Shown: positions 11,073-22,653 of the stretch, in pieces
Numbering within the stretch: position 1 is the first letter of the stretch
Layout of the letters: each line of letters opens with the position of its first letter
Notes under the pieces: model-generated
Told to the model about the DNA's origin: nothing
What the model saw: only the letters and a program-made list of their open reading frames with translations
Databases searched by the model: none
Position numbers and translations under genes: made by a program
DNA from: an uncultured Chloroflexia bacterium
GTDB taxonomy: Bacteria > Chloroflexota > Limnocylindria > QHBO01
DNA length: 64,000 nucleotides
Direction: 5' to 3'
Assembly: GCA_963750025.1 (NCBI GenBank)
Contig: CAVVPF010000020.1
Coordinates: 58,083 to 122,082, forward strand

Positions 11073-11703
11073 TCCCCGCGCCGGCGGCCGCATCCCTCGA
11101 CCCGCCGAGGGGGCGCCGACGCGATACGTCGAGGATCGAGCCTGGTTCGACCGATCGGCCCTCGAGCTGGCACCCCGGCTGCTCGGGATGCTGCTGGTCC
11201 ATGATCTGCCGCTTGGCCGCATCGTCGGGCGGATCGTCGAGGTCGAGGCCTACCTGGGACCCGAGGACCTGGCCGCGCACTCCTCGCGTGGCCAAACCCG
11301 TCGCAACGCCGTGATGTTCGGCCCGCCGGGATACACGTATGTCTACCTGGTGTATGGCCTGCACCACTGCTTGAACGTGGTCGCCGGACCGGGATCGAAG
11401 CCAGAGGCAATCCTGCTGCGCGCCGCACAGATCGTCGAGGGCGTTGAGATCGCGCGTCAACAGCGGCCCGGTGCCGCGCCGCTGCGACTGGCCGCCGGCC
11501 CGGGCAACCTCGGGGCTGCCTTCGGGGTGGATCGGAGGCTGGACGGCGCCGATCTGCTGGCCGGACCGCTGCGGCTCGCCTTCGGCGACCCTCCCGGGCG
11601 GGTCGCTCGTTCAGCGCGGATCGGCGTCGACTATGCCCAGTCGTGGGCGCATGAGCCCCTTCGCTTCCTGATCCCCGATGACCCGCACCGCTCCCGACCC
11701 TGA
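11069..11703 (+). CDS. DNA-3-methyladenine glycosylase (Mpg/AAG family), apparent frameshift in a G5 run near 11100
   Basis: ATG 11069 overlaps cvpA stop (ATGA); ALELAPRLLGMLLVHD...YTYVYLVYGLHHCLNVVAGP in frame of ORF 11032. Confidence 0.65.
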
Positions 11704-14086
11704 GCCGCCGGTCGGCGTCGCCGCCGATTCGGGCACGCTGAGGGCGCTGGAGTTCGCCACGGTGGTCGATCAGCTCACGGCGCTGGCCGCCTTCACCCCG
11801 TCGCGCGAGCTTGCCGCCGCCAGCCTGCCGATGGCGGATCCCGTTCTGGTCGCTATCCTGCAGGACCAGACCGACGAGGCGACACGCCTGCTCGACGAGC
11901 AGGCCCAGGCAGGGATCGGCGGCGCACGCGACGTTCGGCAGGTGCTGGAACGAGCCTCCCGCGGTGGTCGGCTCACACCCGCCGACCTGCTCGATCTGGC
12001 CGAGACGTTGCGGGCAACCGGCCTCTTCGCCGCGCGACTGTCCGGCTGGAAGGGGTCCCACCTGGCCGGCGTGCGAGCTGAGCTCGACGATGCCCCGCCG
12101 CTGCGTCAGCGGATCGAACGCAGCATCGACGAGGCGGGAGAGATCCTCGACTCCGCCTCCGGCGAGCTGGCCGCCATTCGCAGACGGCTGAGAACGGCGC
12201 AGGACCGGGTCAGGGAGCGCCTCAACACCATGCTCCGCTCGTCAGTGCTGGCCGGCGTCATCGGCGAGGCGATCGTCACGCTGCGTGCTGGGCGCTACGT
12301 CATCCCCATCCGCGCCGAGGCGAAGGGCAAGTTGAAGGGGATCGTGCACGACCAGAGCGCGTCCGGCGCGACGCTGTTCATTGAGCCACTCTCGGTGGTC
12401 GAGCTGAACAACACATGGACCCAGGCCATGCTCGACGCCGAGCGCGAGGAGGAGCGCATCCTCGAGGAGCTGTCGCGCGCTGGTCGGAGGCCCAGGCTAC
12501 GTCGCTGCAGGACTCGCTCGCCGCTCTTGCCCGAGCGGACTTCTGGATGGCTCGGGCGCGCTGGGGGCGGCAGGTGGATGGCGTGCGCCCGATCCTCAGC
12601 GATGATGCCGCCGAGCTCCTCTCGGCCAGGCATCCGCTGCTGGGTCCATCGGCCGTCCCGATCGACCTGCGCATCGGAGAGCGCTTCGGCTATCGCGCGT
12701 TGATCGTCACCGGCCCGAACACCGGGGGCAAGACGGTCTCGCTTAAGACGCTCGGCCTACTGGCGCTGCTGCACCAGGCAGGCCTGCGGGTGCCCGCCGC
12801 CGATGGAGCACGGCTGCCGGTCTATCGGCGGCTGATGGCTGACATCGGCGATGAGCAGAGCATCGCCCAGTCGCTGTCGACCTTCTCGACCCACCTGCGC
12901 AACGTGGTGCGCTTCACCGCTGTCGCCGGACCACGGACCCTGGTGCTGCTCGACGAGATCGGCGCCGGGACCGATCCGACCGAGGGCTCTGCGCTGGCGA
13001 TGGCCATCGTCGAGCGGCTGCTGACCCGGGCGCCACGGTGGCTGCCACGACGCACTATGCCGAGCTGAAGGTCTTCGCCCAAGAGCACGAGCTGGTGACC
13101 AACGCCAGGTTGCCTTCGACGTGGCGACGCTGCGCCCGACCTATCGCCTCGAGATCGGTCTGCCCGGCAAGTCGCAGGCCTTCGCCATCGCGCAGCGGCT
13201 CGGCCTGGCACCGGAGATCCTGGCCGATGCCCGTTCCCGACTGGCCGCCGAGCACGTGAACATGGAGGAGACCCTGGCCGCCATCGCTCGCGCCGGCGAG
13301 GAGCGGGCCGATCGAGCTGGAGCAGGCACGACGTGAGCGGGGGCTGCCGGGGAAGAACGCGATCGAGCCACGCAGCGGGGTGGCGCGCGCGCGACGCGAG
13401 GCGGGGGAGATCCTGGCCGAGGCACGCCGGGCGGCCGACGACCTGCTGGCCCGTGCCGAGCGGGAGGCTGCCGACCTGCGGCGTGAGCTCACCCGTCAGC
13501 GAAACCTGCGCGCTCGCGCGGACTGCAAAGGCGAACGATCGCCCTCGACCGCCTGGACCAACGCGCCGCGAGCGCGCGAGCGGAGATTGCGCCCCCGCAG
13601 GGCCCCCAAGACGAGTCAGCGGATGGCGCCCAGCCGCGCGTCGGCCTCTTCGGCCGCAGCCGGACCCTTGGCAGCATCGGTCGCATCGTCGAGCTGAGCG
13701 GACGAACGGGGCGAGTGACGCTGGAGACCGAGGGAGCACGGGTTGTGGTGCCGAGCGACGACGTGGAGGTGGTGCCCGAGCCGGTCTCCGGCCCTCCGGC
13801 TCGCGACCTCGAGGCCGATGAACTGCGGCGGCGCGCCGCCAGCGAGATCTCGCCGCGCCTCGACCTGCACGGGGAGCGGGTTGAGGCTGCCCTCGAGCGC
13901 TTGTCGACGTACCTCGACCAGGCGCTGCTGGCCGGCCTCGACGAGGCGGTCATCGTCCACGGGACCGGCACAGGGGCGCTGCGGCGCGCCGTCCGGGAGT
14001 GGCTGGCCGAGCATCCGCGGGTGCGATCCTCGCGCCCGGGTCGGCGCGAGGAGGGTGGCGACGGAGCGACGGTCGCGCAGCTCTAG
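11678..14086 (+). CDS. mutS2: endonuclease MutS2 with C-terminal Smr domain, at least 5 apparent frameshifts
   Basis: Segments across ORFs 11678, 12415, 13038, 13121, 13380, 13715: LIVTGPNTGGKTVSLKTLGLLALLHQAG...THYAELKVFA...RLEIGLPGKSQAFAIAQRLG...C-terminal Smr (IVHGTGTGALRRAVREWL). Confidence 0.8.
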
Positions 14087-16850
14087 CTGGGCGAGGGCGA
14101 CGTCGACGGCGGAGTGGCGGTCGGTAGCGCGGTCGGGATCGCCGTGGGCAGCGGGGTGGGAGTCGGCGACGGCGACGGGCTGGGCAACGGGGTGGAGGTC
14201 GGAATCTCGCCGGGGGTGCACGGTCTCGGTGGGCGCCAGCGGCGCATCCAGCGGTGCCGACCGGGAAGCGGCGCACCGTCGCCTCCTTGCCCGGTAGCGC
14301 TCGATCCACGCCCGTTGGCCGCCTCCCAGGTCGGATGCGCCAGCCTCCCAGGTGGACAGGTCCAGGTAGACCTTCTCTTCCGGCACCCCAGGCGCCGGCT
14401 GGCACGGATCGGGTGCGGTCCCCGGGCTCGGGGTGGCAGGATCACATCGCCGCAGCCGGGCTGCCAGATCTTGCCGGTGGCGGCCTCGATGCGCAGCTTG
14501 CGGTGCAGCGGTGTCCTGCTTGGTCGGGCAGGTGGCCCGCGGCGAAGATCCTCGGTGACGCGTCTTGGTGGTGAGCTCGCCGGGCAGCATGGCCGCTCAT
14601 CGCGTCGACCTCGACCTCGACGATTCCGTCGGGCGCGCGAGAAGTCGCGCACGGCAGCTCGTTGGCGGCCGTCACCTCGGCCATGTAGTCGTGCCAGATG
14701 AAGGTGGGGCCGTCGGCGGCGAAGACGTCCTGGAGATGGCCGAGAAGTCGCTGTTGCCGACCCAGACGCCGGTGATGATCGCGCCCTCGGTGACCGTCGG
14801 ATCGGGGTCGGGCGCCAGGTAGCCAATCGCCTGGAGGTCGCGGAAGTCGTTGGTGGTGCCGGTCTTCAGGGTCGCGGGGCGCCGCCCGTCATTGGTCTTG
14901 AGCTGGAAGCGGCCGGCCCCACGAGGAATTCTGGGTCGGGGTCGGTGTTGTCGGCCAGGATGTCGGTGACCAGGTAGGCCGACTGCGCCGAGATGACCCG
15001 TTCCGGCTTGGGACCGTCCGTGGCTCGGTCGTAGATGACGTTCCCGTGGCGATCGGTGATCTTCTCGATCAGGTACGGCTCAGCGCGCACGCCGCCGTTG
15101 GCCAACGCCCCGTACGCCCCCGCCAGATCGAGCATGTGGACCCCGATGGTGCCCAGCGTGAGTGACGGCACCGCCACCTCCGAGGCCTGCTGTGGATCCC
15201 ATTTCAGGCCGAAGCGCTCCGCCGTGGCAACCACGTTCTCGGTGCCGATCAGCTGCTGTGCCTTGGCCGCGGGGATGTTCAGCGAGTACTTCAACGCGTC
15301 CCGAAGGCGAATCGGACCGCGCTCGCCGCCGTCCGCATCGGGGACCGAGAAGCCGTCGACGATCTCCCCCTTGACGTCCATGAACATAGCTCGCCGGGGT
15401 CATCACACCGCGCTCGAAGCCGGTCGCGTAGGTGATCGGCTTGAAGGCCGATCCGGACTGCCGATAGGCTTGGCCCACGACGTCGTACGCAGGCTGGTGC
15501 TCGGGCGTCGCCTCGCCATAGTAGTTTGCCGAGCCGACGTAGGCGAGCACTGCCCCGGTGCGGTAGTTGAGGGTCACCAGCGCGTCGTTGTTGATGTTGC
15601 GGGCCTGGAGCTTGACGATCCAGCTCATCGCCGGCTTCCCGTACTTGGCTTGCAGTTCGGCATCGGTCAGGCGATCGAGGTCATAGGCGATGCCCGCCCA
15701 TTTCTCGGCGGCGAGCTGGTAGCCCTGGTACTGCAGCGTGGTGGTGATCACGAGGCCTCCGCGGTCGAGCAGGTCCTCGCCGCCGAGCAGGTCTGCCGCC
15801 GCTCGTCGCACGGCGTACACGAAGTGCGGAGCCTTGTACTGCTGGTTCTTGGGCGGCGCGAGCACGATCCGTTCGGCGGCCGCCGCGTCGCGCTGGGCTG
15901 ACGTGATGGCGCCGGTGGCCTCCATCCCGTCGAGCACGAAGCCCTGCGCCTGGATTGCCGCGGAATCGCTCGGCACGACCAGGACGGTGCTGCCGTCAGG
16001 TTCCGTCTCCGGGACCGCAGCCTGGGTGGGATCGAGCGCTGAAGGGGCGCGCACCAGCGCCGCCAGCAGGGCCGCCTGGCCGATGGTCAGCTGGTCCTCG
16101 GGGGCGGACGAGGTGATGTCCTTGCCCAGGTAGCGACTGGCGGCGGCCCAGATGCCGTACGACGTTGTTGCCGTAGTAGACCTGGTTGAGGTACATCTCC
16201 AGCAGCTTCTGCTTGCCCTCGGTGCCCGGATAGCGATCGCCGACCCGCAGGGCGAGGATCGCCTCCTTGATCTTGCGTTCCCAGCGGCGCTCGGCGTTGG
16301 TGAGCAGGTCGGCGTCGAAGAGGCGGATGCGCACCAGCTGCTGGCAGATGGTCGAGGCACCCGACACGGTCCGCGAGGCGGAGAAGTTCTGCAGCGCCGC
16401 GCGCACGATGCCACGGAAGTCGATGCACGGGTTGGTCCAGAAGGTGCGGTCCTCAGCGGCCACCTGTGCGTCGATCATCACCTTGGGGATCTGGGCGAAG
16501 GGGATCACCCGCCGCTGCTCGGCAGCGAAGGTGGCCAGCTCGACGCCGTCGGCCGAGGCGACACGTGATCCCTCGCTCAGCTCGAAGTGCTCGAGCTGGC
16601 GACGGATCCGGGAGGCCGCTGGTGTAGGACGCGAAGACAGCCGACGACGCCGATGAAGAGGGCGACGGCCAGGGCCGCGAAGACGCCGAGGATCATCGCC
16701 GGGAGCGGCGCGATGCCAGTCGCCGAGGAGCGGTGCGGCGCGCCACGGCGGGCTGCGCCGAAGGCGGCCGCGCGCGGCCGCCGTGGCGGCCGTCAGCGTG
16801 CATCGGGGCCGAGCGTAGCACGGGAGGCCGCGAGGGTCTAGCACGGCCCA
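14083..16850 (-). CDS. class A penicillin-binding protein (transglycosylase/transpeptidase) with Pro/Thr/Ser-rich C-terminal tail; several apparent frameshifts; N-terminal boundary approximate
   Basis: Minus-strand pieces: TG domain ([21 protein letters not shown]...QQLVRI...[16 protein letters not shown]), TP domain ([34 protein letters not shown]-like), TM helix near 16640-16700, tail ...[30 protein letters not shown]. Confidence 0.7.
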
Positions 16851-16865
16851 TATACTCATCGGCCC

Positions 16866-18143
16866 ATGGCCGCCCAGATCCTCGACGACCTCGCCTGGCG
16901 CGGGCTGGTCGCGCACAGCACCGATGCCGATGCGCTGCGCGCCGCACTGGCCGCCGGCCCGGTCACCTTCTACTGCGGCTTCGACCCGACCGCGCCGAGC
17001 CTCCACTTCGGCAACCTCGTGCAGCTGGTCACGATGCGGCGCCTGCAGCTGGCCGGACATGACCCGATCGCCGTGGTCGGCGGTGCGACCGGGCTGATCG
17101 GCGACCCGAGCGGGCGAGCCGGCCGAGCGCAGCCTCAACGAGGCCGACGTGGTGGCCGGCTGGGTCGAGCGGATCCGCGGCCAGGTGGAGCGCTACCTGT
17201 CCTTCGACGGACCGCGGCCGCGCGCGTCGTGAACAACCTGGACTGGACGGCACCGCTCTCGGCGCTCGACTTCCTGCGCGACGTCGGCAAGCACTTCAGC
17301 GTCAACCGCATGCTCGATCGAGGAGGCGGTCAGTGCGCGCCTCGCGCGCCGGAGGCATCAGCTTCACCGAGTTCAGCTACCAGATCCTGCAGGCATTCGA
17401 CTACCTGGAGCTGCATCGCCGCTACGGGTGCACCCTGCAGACCGGGGGCAGCGACCAATGGGGCAACCTGACCGCCGGGGTTGACCTGATCCGTCGCGTC
17501 ACCGGCGAGACCGTGCATGCCTTCGCCACGCCGTTGATCACCAAGGCCGACGGCTCGAAGTACGGCAAGACGGCCGGCGGCACCCTGTGGCTCGACCCGC
17601 AGATGACCTCGCCGTACGCCTTCTACCAGTACTTCGTGAACACCGACGACGCCGATGTGGGCGCGCTGCTGCGCGATTTTCAGCTTCCGCTCACGCGCGC
17701 GAGATCGAGGCGTTCGAGGCCGACGTCGCCGCCCGTCCACAGGCGCGCGAGGCGCAGACAGCGCTGGCGGACGGAGTTGACCGCGCTGGTGCATGGCGAG
17801 CGCGCGGCGGCAGGCCGCGATCGGCGAGCCGAGCGCTCTTCGGGCGGGGGGAGCTGCACGAGCTCGACGCCGACGACGCTCGAATCCGCCCTGGCCGAGC
17901 TGCCTCGTGCGGCGGTCCGGGATCCGCTGCCCCCGATCATTGACCTGCTGGTGGCCTGCGGCCTCGCCGAGAGCCGCTCCGCGGCGCGGAGAACCGTCAG
18001 CGAGGGCGGCTGCTTACCTCAACAACCAGCGGGTGAGCGACGTGGCGACTGTACCCGCTGAGGCGGACCTGCTGCACGGCCGGTGGCTGGTGCTTCGTCG
18101 CGGCAAGCGCAACCTGGCAGCGGTGGAGCGCCTCCCCTCCTGA
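16866..18143 (+). CDS. tyrS: tyrosine--tRNA ligase, roughly 8 apparent frameshifts
   Basis: [33 protein letters not shown]...[12 protein letters not shown]; [12 protein letters not shown]; [19 protein letters not shown]...[12 protein letters not shown]...[13 protein letters not shown]; C-terminal S4 ([12 protein letters not shown]...[10 protein letters not shown]) spread over frames. Confidence 0.8.
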
Positions 18144-18167
18144 CCCTGCCGCGGCGCGCCGTGCGTC

Positions 18168-20250
18168 CTAGTGCTTTTCGCCGGCAGCCACCTTGGCCTG
18201 ATGCTCGGCGATCACCTTGTCGGCGATGGTGCTGGGGCACCTCGGCGTAGTGATCCAGCTTCCAGCTGAAACGGCCGCGCCCCTGGGTGATGCTGCGCAG
18301 CTCGGTGGCGTAGTGGAACATCTCCGCCTGCGGCACCTGGGCGCGCAGGTGCTGCATCCCGTCGGCCGAGTCCATCCCCAGCACGTGGCCGCGCTTGCGC
18401 GGTGATCTGCCCCATGACGTCGCCCATGTACTCGTCGGGGACGACCACCTCGACCTCGAGGATCGGCTCAAGGAGGGTCGGGTCGGCCTCGGGGAAGGCG
18501 CGCTTGAGCGCCTGGCTGGCGGCGACCTTGAAGGCCATCTCCGAGCTGTCAACGGTGTGGTAGCTGCCGTCGACCAGGCGGGCGCGCAGGTCGACCACCG
18601 GATACCCGGCCAGCACTCCCTCGGCCAGCGTCTCGCGCAGCCCCTTCTCGACGGCGGGGATGTACTGCTTCGGCACCACGCCGCCCACGATCTTGTCGCC
18701 GAACTCGAAGCCGCGATCCCGATGGCAGCGGCTCGAACTCGATGACCACGTGGCCGAACTGGCCATGGCCGCCGGTCTGCCGCTTGAAGCGATTGTCGAT
18801 CTTGGCCGGCTTGCGGATCGTCTCTCGGTAGGGGACGCGCGGGGCTGCCGGTCTTCACCGAGGCGCCGAACTTGCGCTTGAGCCGCTCGACCAGGACGTC
18901 GACGTGGGCGTCGCCCATGGCCGTCAGGATCGTCTCGCCGGTGCCCTCCTCGCGATGCACGCGGGCGCAGGGCTCCTCCTCCAGCATGCGCTGACAGCGC
19001 CTGTCCCAGCTTGTCGAGGTCTGCCTTGCTCTCCGGCTCGATGCTGACCTGGAGCACGGCGCGCGGAAGTGCAGGGGCGGCAGGCTCACGGCCTGGGCCC
19101 GATCACCGACCAGGGCGTCGCCGATCTGGGTGCTGGCCAGCTTGGCGACGGCCACGATGTCGCCCGGGGCCCGCCTGCGGCAGGTTGACCTGCTCTTTGC
19201 CCTGCAGGCCAAGGATGTTCCCGATCCGCTCCTCCTCTTTGCGCGTGGCGTTCCAGAGGTGGCCCTGAGCGTGGAGCGTGCCGGAGATGACCCGGAAGTA
19301 GGTGAGACGCCCGACGAACGGATCGGCCGTGGTCTTGAAGACCTGGGCCACGAAGGGCGCCGCCGGATCGGGCTCGATCGGCTTGCCGTCGGTGGTGGTT
19401 CGGCCGCCGGCCTCGGCGGCCGAAGGGATGTGCTTGGCGATCATGGCCAGCCAGCTCGCGAACGCCGATGTTCTTCAGCGCGCTGCCAACGAAGACCGGC
19501 ACCACGCTGCCTTCACGCGTGCCCTTGTGGACTGCCGCCTCGATCTCGTCATCGCTGATCGGCTCGCCCTCGAGGTACCTGGTCATCAGCTCGTCGCTGG
19601 CCTCGGCGGCGGCCTCGACCAGCGCCTCGCGGCGCGACTCCTCGCCGGCGCGCATCTCGTCGGGGATCGGCGCCTCGTGGGGCTTGCCGCCCTCGTAGAT
19701 GTTGGCGTGCTGCTCGATGACGTCGATGTAGCCGCGGAACTGTTCGGCGGAGCCGATCGGGAGGTAGACCGGGGCGATCTTGGGGCCAAAGGTCGCCTTC
19801 AGAGAGTCCAGGACGGCGTCGAAGTTGGCATTCTCGCGGTCCATCTTGTTGACGAAGATGAAGCGGGGGAGCCTTCGTTCCTCCGCCAGCCGCCAGACCT
19901 CCTCGGTGCCGACCTCGACGCCGGCCGATGCATCGACCACCAGCATCGCGGCGTCGACCGCGGCAGAGCGCCTCGACCACATCGGCCTGGAAGTCGGCGT
20001 AGCCGGGCGTGTCGACGAGCGTGATCCGCGCGCCGTCCGCCTCGAGCGTCCCGATCGCCAGGTTGATGCTCTGCTTGCGCTTCTGCTCATCCGGGTCGTA
20101 GTCGAGCGTCGCGGTCCCGGCATCGACGCTGCCCAGGCGCGCGATGGCGCCGGCATCGAAGAGCATCGCCTCGGCGAGACTCGTCTTGCCTGCGCCACCG
20201 TGGGAGATGAGGGCAACGTTCCTGATCCGGTCAGGGGTGGACGGCTTCAT
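18168..20250 (-). CDS. elongation factor G family GTPase (standalone EF-G paralog), several apparent frameshifts
   Basis: [30 protein letters not shown]...VDTPGYADF...[38 protein letters not shown]...domains IV/V ([53 protein letters not shown]). Confidence 0.75.
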
Positions 20251-20370
20251 CGGTGCTCCTTGTTCGGGTCGCAGCAGCCGAGGCCGATTGCGCCTCGGGC
20301 GAATCGTCAAGCGGTGACGCCAATTATAGGGACGCGCCGGGGGCGGACCCGGCATTGCTACAATCTCGCC

Positions 20371-21129
20371 GTGTCCGGTCACAGCAAGTGGTCCCAGATC
20401 AAGCGGCAGAAGGGCGTCAACGACGCGAAGCGCGGAGCGCTCTTCACCAAGTTGACCCGCGAGGTCATCACCGCCGCGCGGCAGGGCGGGGGCGACGTCG
20501 ACGGCAACTACCGCCTGCGCATGGCGGTCGATAACGCGCGCTCCAACAGCATGCCGATGGAGAACATCAGGCGGGCGATCGAGCGAGCCAGCGGCGCCGG
20601 CGGCGAGGCCGAGCAGTACGAGGAGATCACCTACGAGGGGATCGGCCCGGCCAATGTGGCGCTGATCGTGGCGACCATGACCGACAACCGCAATCGCACC
20701 GCCTCGGAGGTGCGCAGCATCTTCAGTAAGGTCGGCGGATCGCTCACCCCGGTCGCCTGGCAGTTCGAGCATCGCGGATTGATCACGCTTCCGCTGAACG
20801 GGCGAGATCCGGATGAGCTGACACTGGCCGCCATCGACGCCGGCGCTCTCGACGTCGGCTCACCAGAAGGCGGCGCGCTGATAGTCGTGACCGAACCGGG
20901 GCATCTCGAGCCGGTGCGGTCCGCCCTGGCAGCCGCCGGATACGCGGCCACGTCGGCGGAGCTGACGATGGAGCCGACGACACGGGTCGAGATCAACGAT
21001 GAGAAGGCCGCGCGCCAGGTGCTGCAGTTCGTCGAGCGGCTGGAGGACCTTGACGACGTGCAGAACGTGTACGCCAACTTCGACATCCCTGACGCCCTGC
21101 TGGAGCAGCTCGAAGCCTCGGTGGCCTGA
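20371..21129 (+). CDS. yebC: YebC/PmpR family DNA-binding regulator
   Basis: VSGHSKWSQIKRQKGVNDAKRGALFTKLTREV...YEGIGPANVALIV; intact. Confidence 0.85.
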   Translation: MSGHSKWSQIKRQKGVNDAKRGALFTKLTREVITAARQGGGDVDGNYRLRMAVDNARSNSMPMENIRRAIERASGAGGEAEQYEEITYEGIGPANVALIVATMTDNRNRTASEVRSIFSKVGGSLTPVAWQFEHRGLITLPLNGRDPDELTLAAIDAGALDVGSPEGGALIVVTEPGHLEPVRSALAAAGYAATSAELTMEPTTRVEINDEKAARQVLQFVERLEDLDDVQNVYANFDIPDALLEQLEASVA

Positions 21130-21149
21130 TCGGGCGCTACCATGCCGGA

Positions 21150-21648
21150 GTGATTGCGCTCGGCATCGATCCTGGCACCGCCGTCTGCGGTTTCGGCCTC
21201 GTTGCGCTGACCGAAGGCCAACTACGGCTGGTGGACGCAGGGGTCATCCGCACCGCCCCCGACGGAGACCGATGCCGAGCGGCTGAGCTCGCTGCACCGC
21301 GCGCTGGTCGAGCTGGTGGCCCTCCATCATCCGCAGCGCGTCGGCGTCGAGCGGCTCTTCTTTCAGCGCAACGTGCAGACCGCCATGACGGTCGGGCAGG
21401 CCCGCGGCGTGGCGTTGCTGGTCGCCGCCCAAGCCGGTCTGGCGGTCGATGAGCCGACGCCGAACGAGGTGAAGCAGGCCGTCTGCGGCAATGGCGCCGC
21501 CGACAAGGGCCAGGTGGCGACGATGGTGGCACGGCTGCTGGGGGTGACCCTCGACGGGGTGCCTGACGACGCCACCGATGCGCTGGCGGTCGCCATCGGC
21601 AGCGTCTACCGTGCCGCCTCTGCGGCCCGGGTGGCGGTTTCGCGTTGA
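21150..21648 (+). CDS. ruvC: crossover junction endodeoxyribonuclease RuvC, one apparent frameshift near 21260
   Basis: (GTG)IALGIDPGTAVCGFGLV...then frame of ORF 21316 (LHHPQRVGVERLFFQRNVQTAMTVGQARGVALL...VAIGS). Confidence 0.8.
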
Positions 21649-22221
21649 TCGGCTCCCTGCGGGGGCCGGTCACCCAGGTCGGCTCGGACTCGGTCCTGAT
21701 CGAGCTCGGCGGCGATCGGCTATCGGGTCATGGCGGGCCCGAGCCTGATCGCACGCCTGCGCGTCGGAGCCGAGGCGAAACTGTGGTCCACCACCTCGTC
21801 CGCGAGGATCAGCAGGCGCTCTTCGGTTTCGCCTCGCCAGAGGAGCTGGCCTTCTTCGAGCTGCTGATGACCGTCAGCGGCGTCGGGCCGCGCCTTGCCC
21901 TGGCGATCACCGCGGCGCACGCGGTGACCAAGCTCCAGCTGGCCATCGTGACCGATGACGCTCGACCTCCTCACCTCGGTGAGCGGCGTCGGCCGCAAGA
22001 CCGCGCAGCGGGTCATCCTGGAGCTCAAGGAGAAGATCCACGCCGCCGGGATCGCGGCCGGTGGGGGAGCCTCAAGCGACTCCGACGTGGTTGCGGCCCT
22101 GGAGTCGCTGGGATACACCGGGTCGGAGGCACGGCGTGCTGCCGGAGCGGTGGCGGGAAACGACGGCGGCCTGGATCTGCGCATCAAGGCGGCGCTCCAG
22201 GAGCTGTCGAGGTCTCGATGA
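21645..22221 (+). CDS. ruvA: Holliday junction DNA helicase RuvA, 2-3 apparent frameshifts
   Basis: TTG 21645 overlaps ruvC stop; MIGSLRGPVTQVGSDSVLIELGG..., HLVREDQQALFGF...LLMTVSGVGPRLALAI, C-terminal LTSVSGVGRKTAQRVILELKEK...ALESLGY in three frames. Confidence 0.8.
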
Positions 22222-22653
22222 GCCGTTTCACCGAGCGGCCACCATCGAGCGGGTGCTCCGCGAGACGCACACCTGGGCGGTCGTCGGCTGCTCCGCCAGA
22301 CGCGCTGCGTCCCAGCCACGGTGTCTCGCGCACGCTGTTGCGCTACGGCTACGAGGTGATCCCGATCAATCCGCGCGAGACCGCGGTTCACGGGCTGACG
22401 ATGCTACCCGGACCTGCGCATCAGCGGCCGACGCGGCTCGGGCTGCGGGCCGGCCGATCGAGGTGGTCGACATCTTTCGTCGCTCGGAGGAGGCGGGGAC
22501 CACGTCGACGAGGCGATCGCGATCGGCGCCAAGGCGGTCTGGCTCCAGCTGGAGGTATGGACGAGGCCGCGGCCGAACGCGCCGAAGCGGCGGGTCTACT
22601 GGTGGTGATGGATCGTTGCCCGGCGATCGAGCTGCCGCGCCTCGGGGCTCTAG
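22218..22653 (+). CDS. CoA-binding domain protein (YccU-like), at least 3 apparent frameshifts; end uncertain
   Basis: ATG 22218 overlaps ruvA stop (ATGA); ...TIERVLRETHTWAVVGCS..., GVSRTLLRYGYEVIPINPRETAVHGLT..., AIAIGAKAVWLQL..., LLVVMDRCPAIELPRLG in different frames. Confidence 0.5.

Noticed and set aside
19302-20024. Plus-strand ORFs across the EF-G paralog region (19130-20024)
   Set aside because: They are antisense to the EF-G family gene and have no recognisable motifs.
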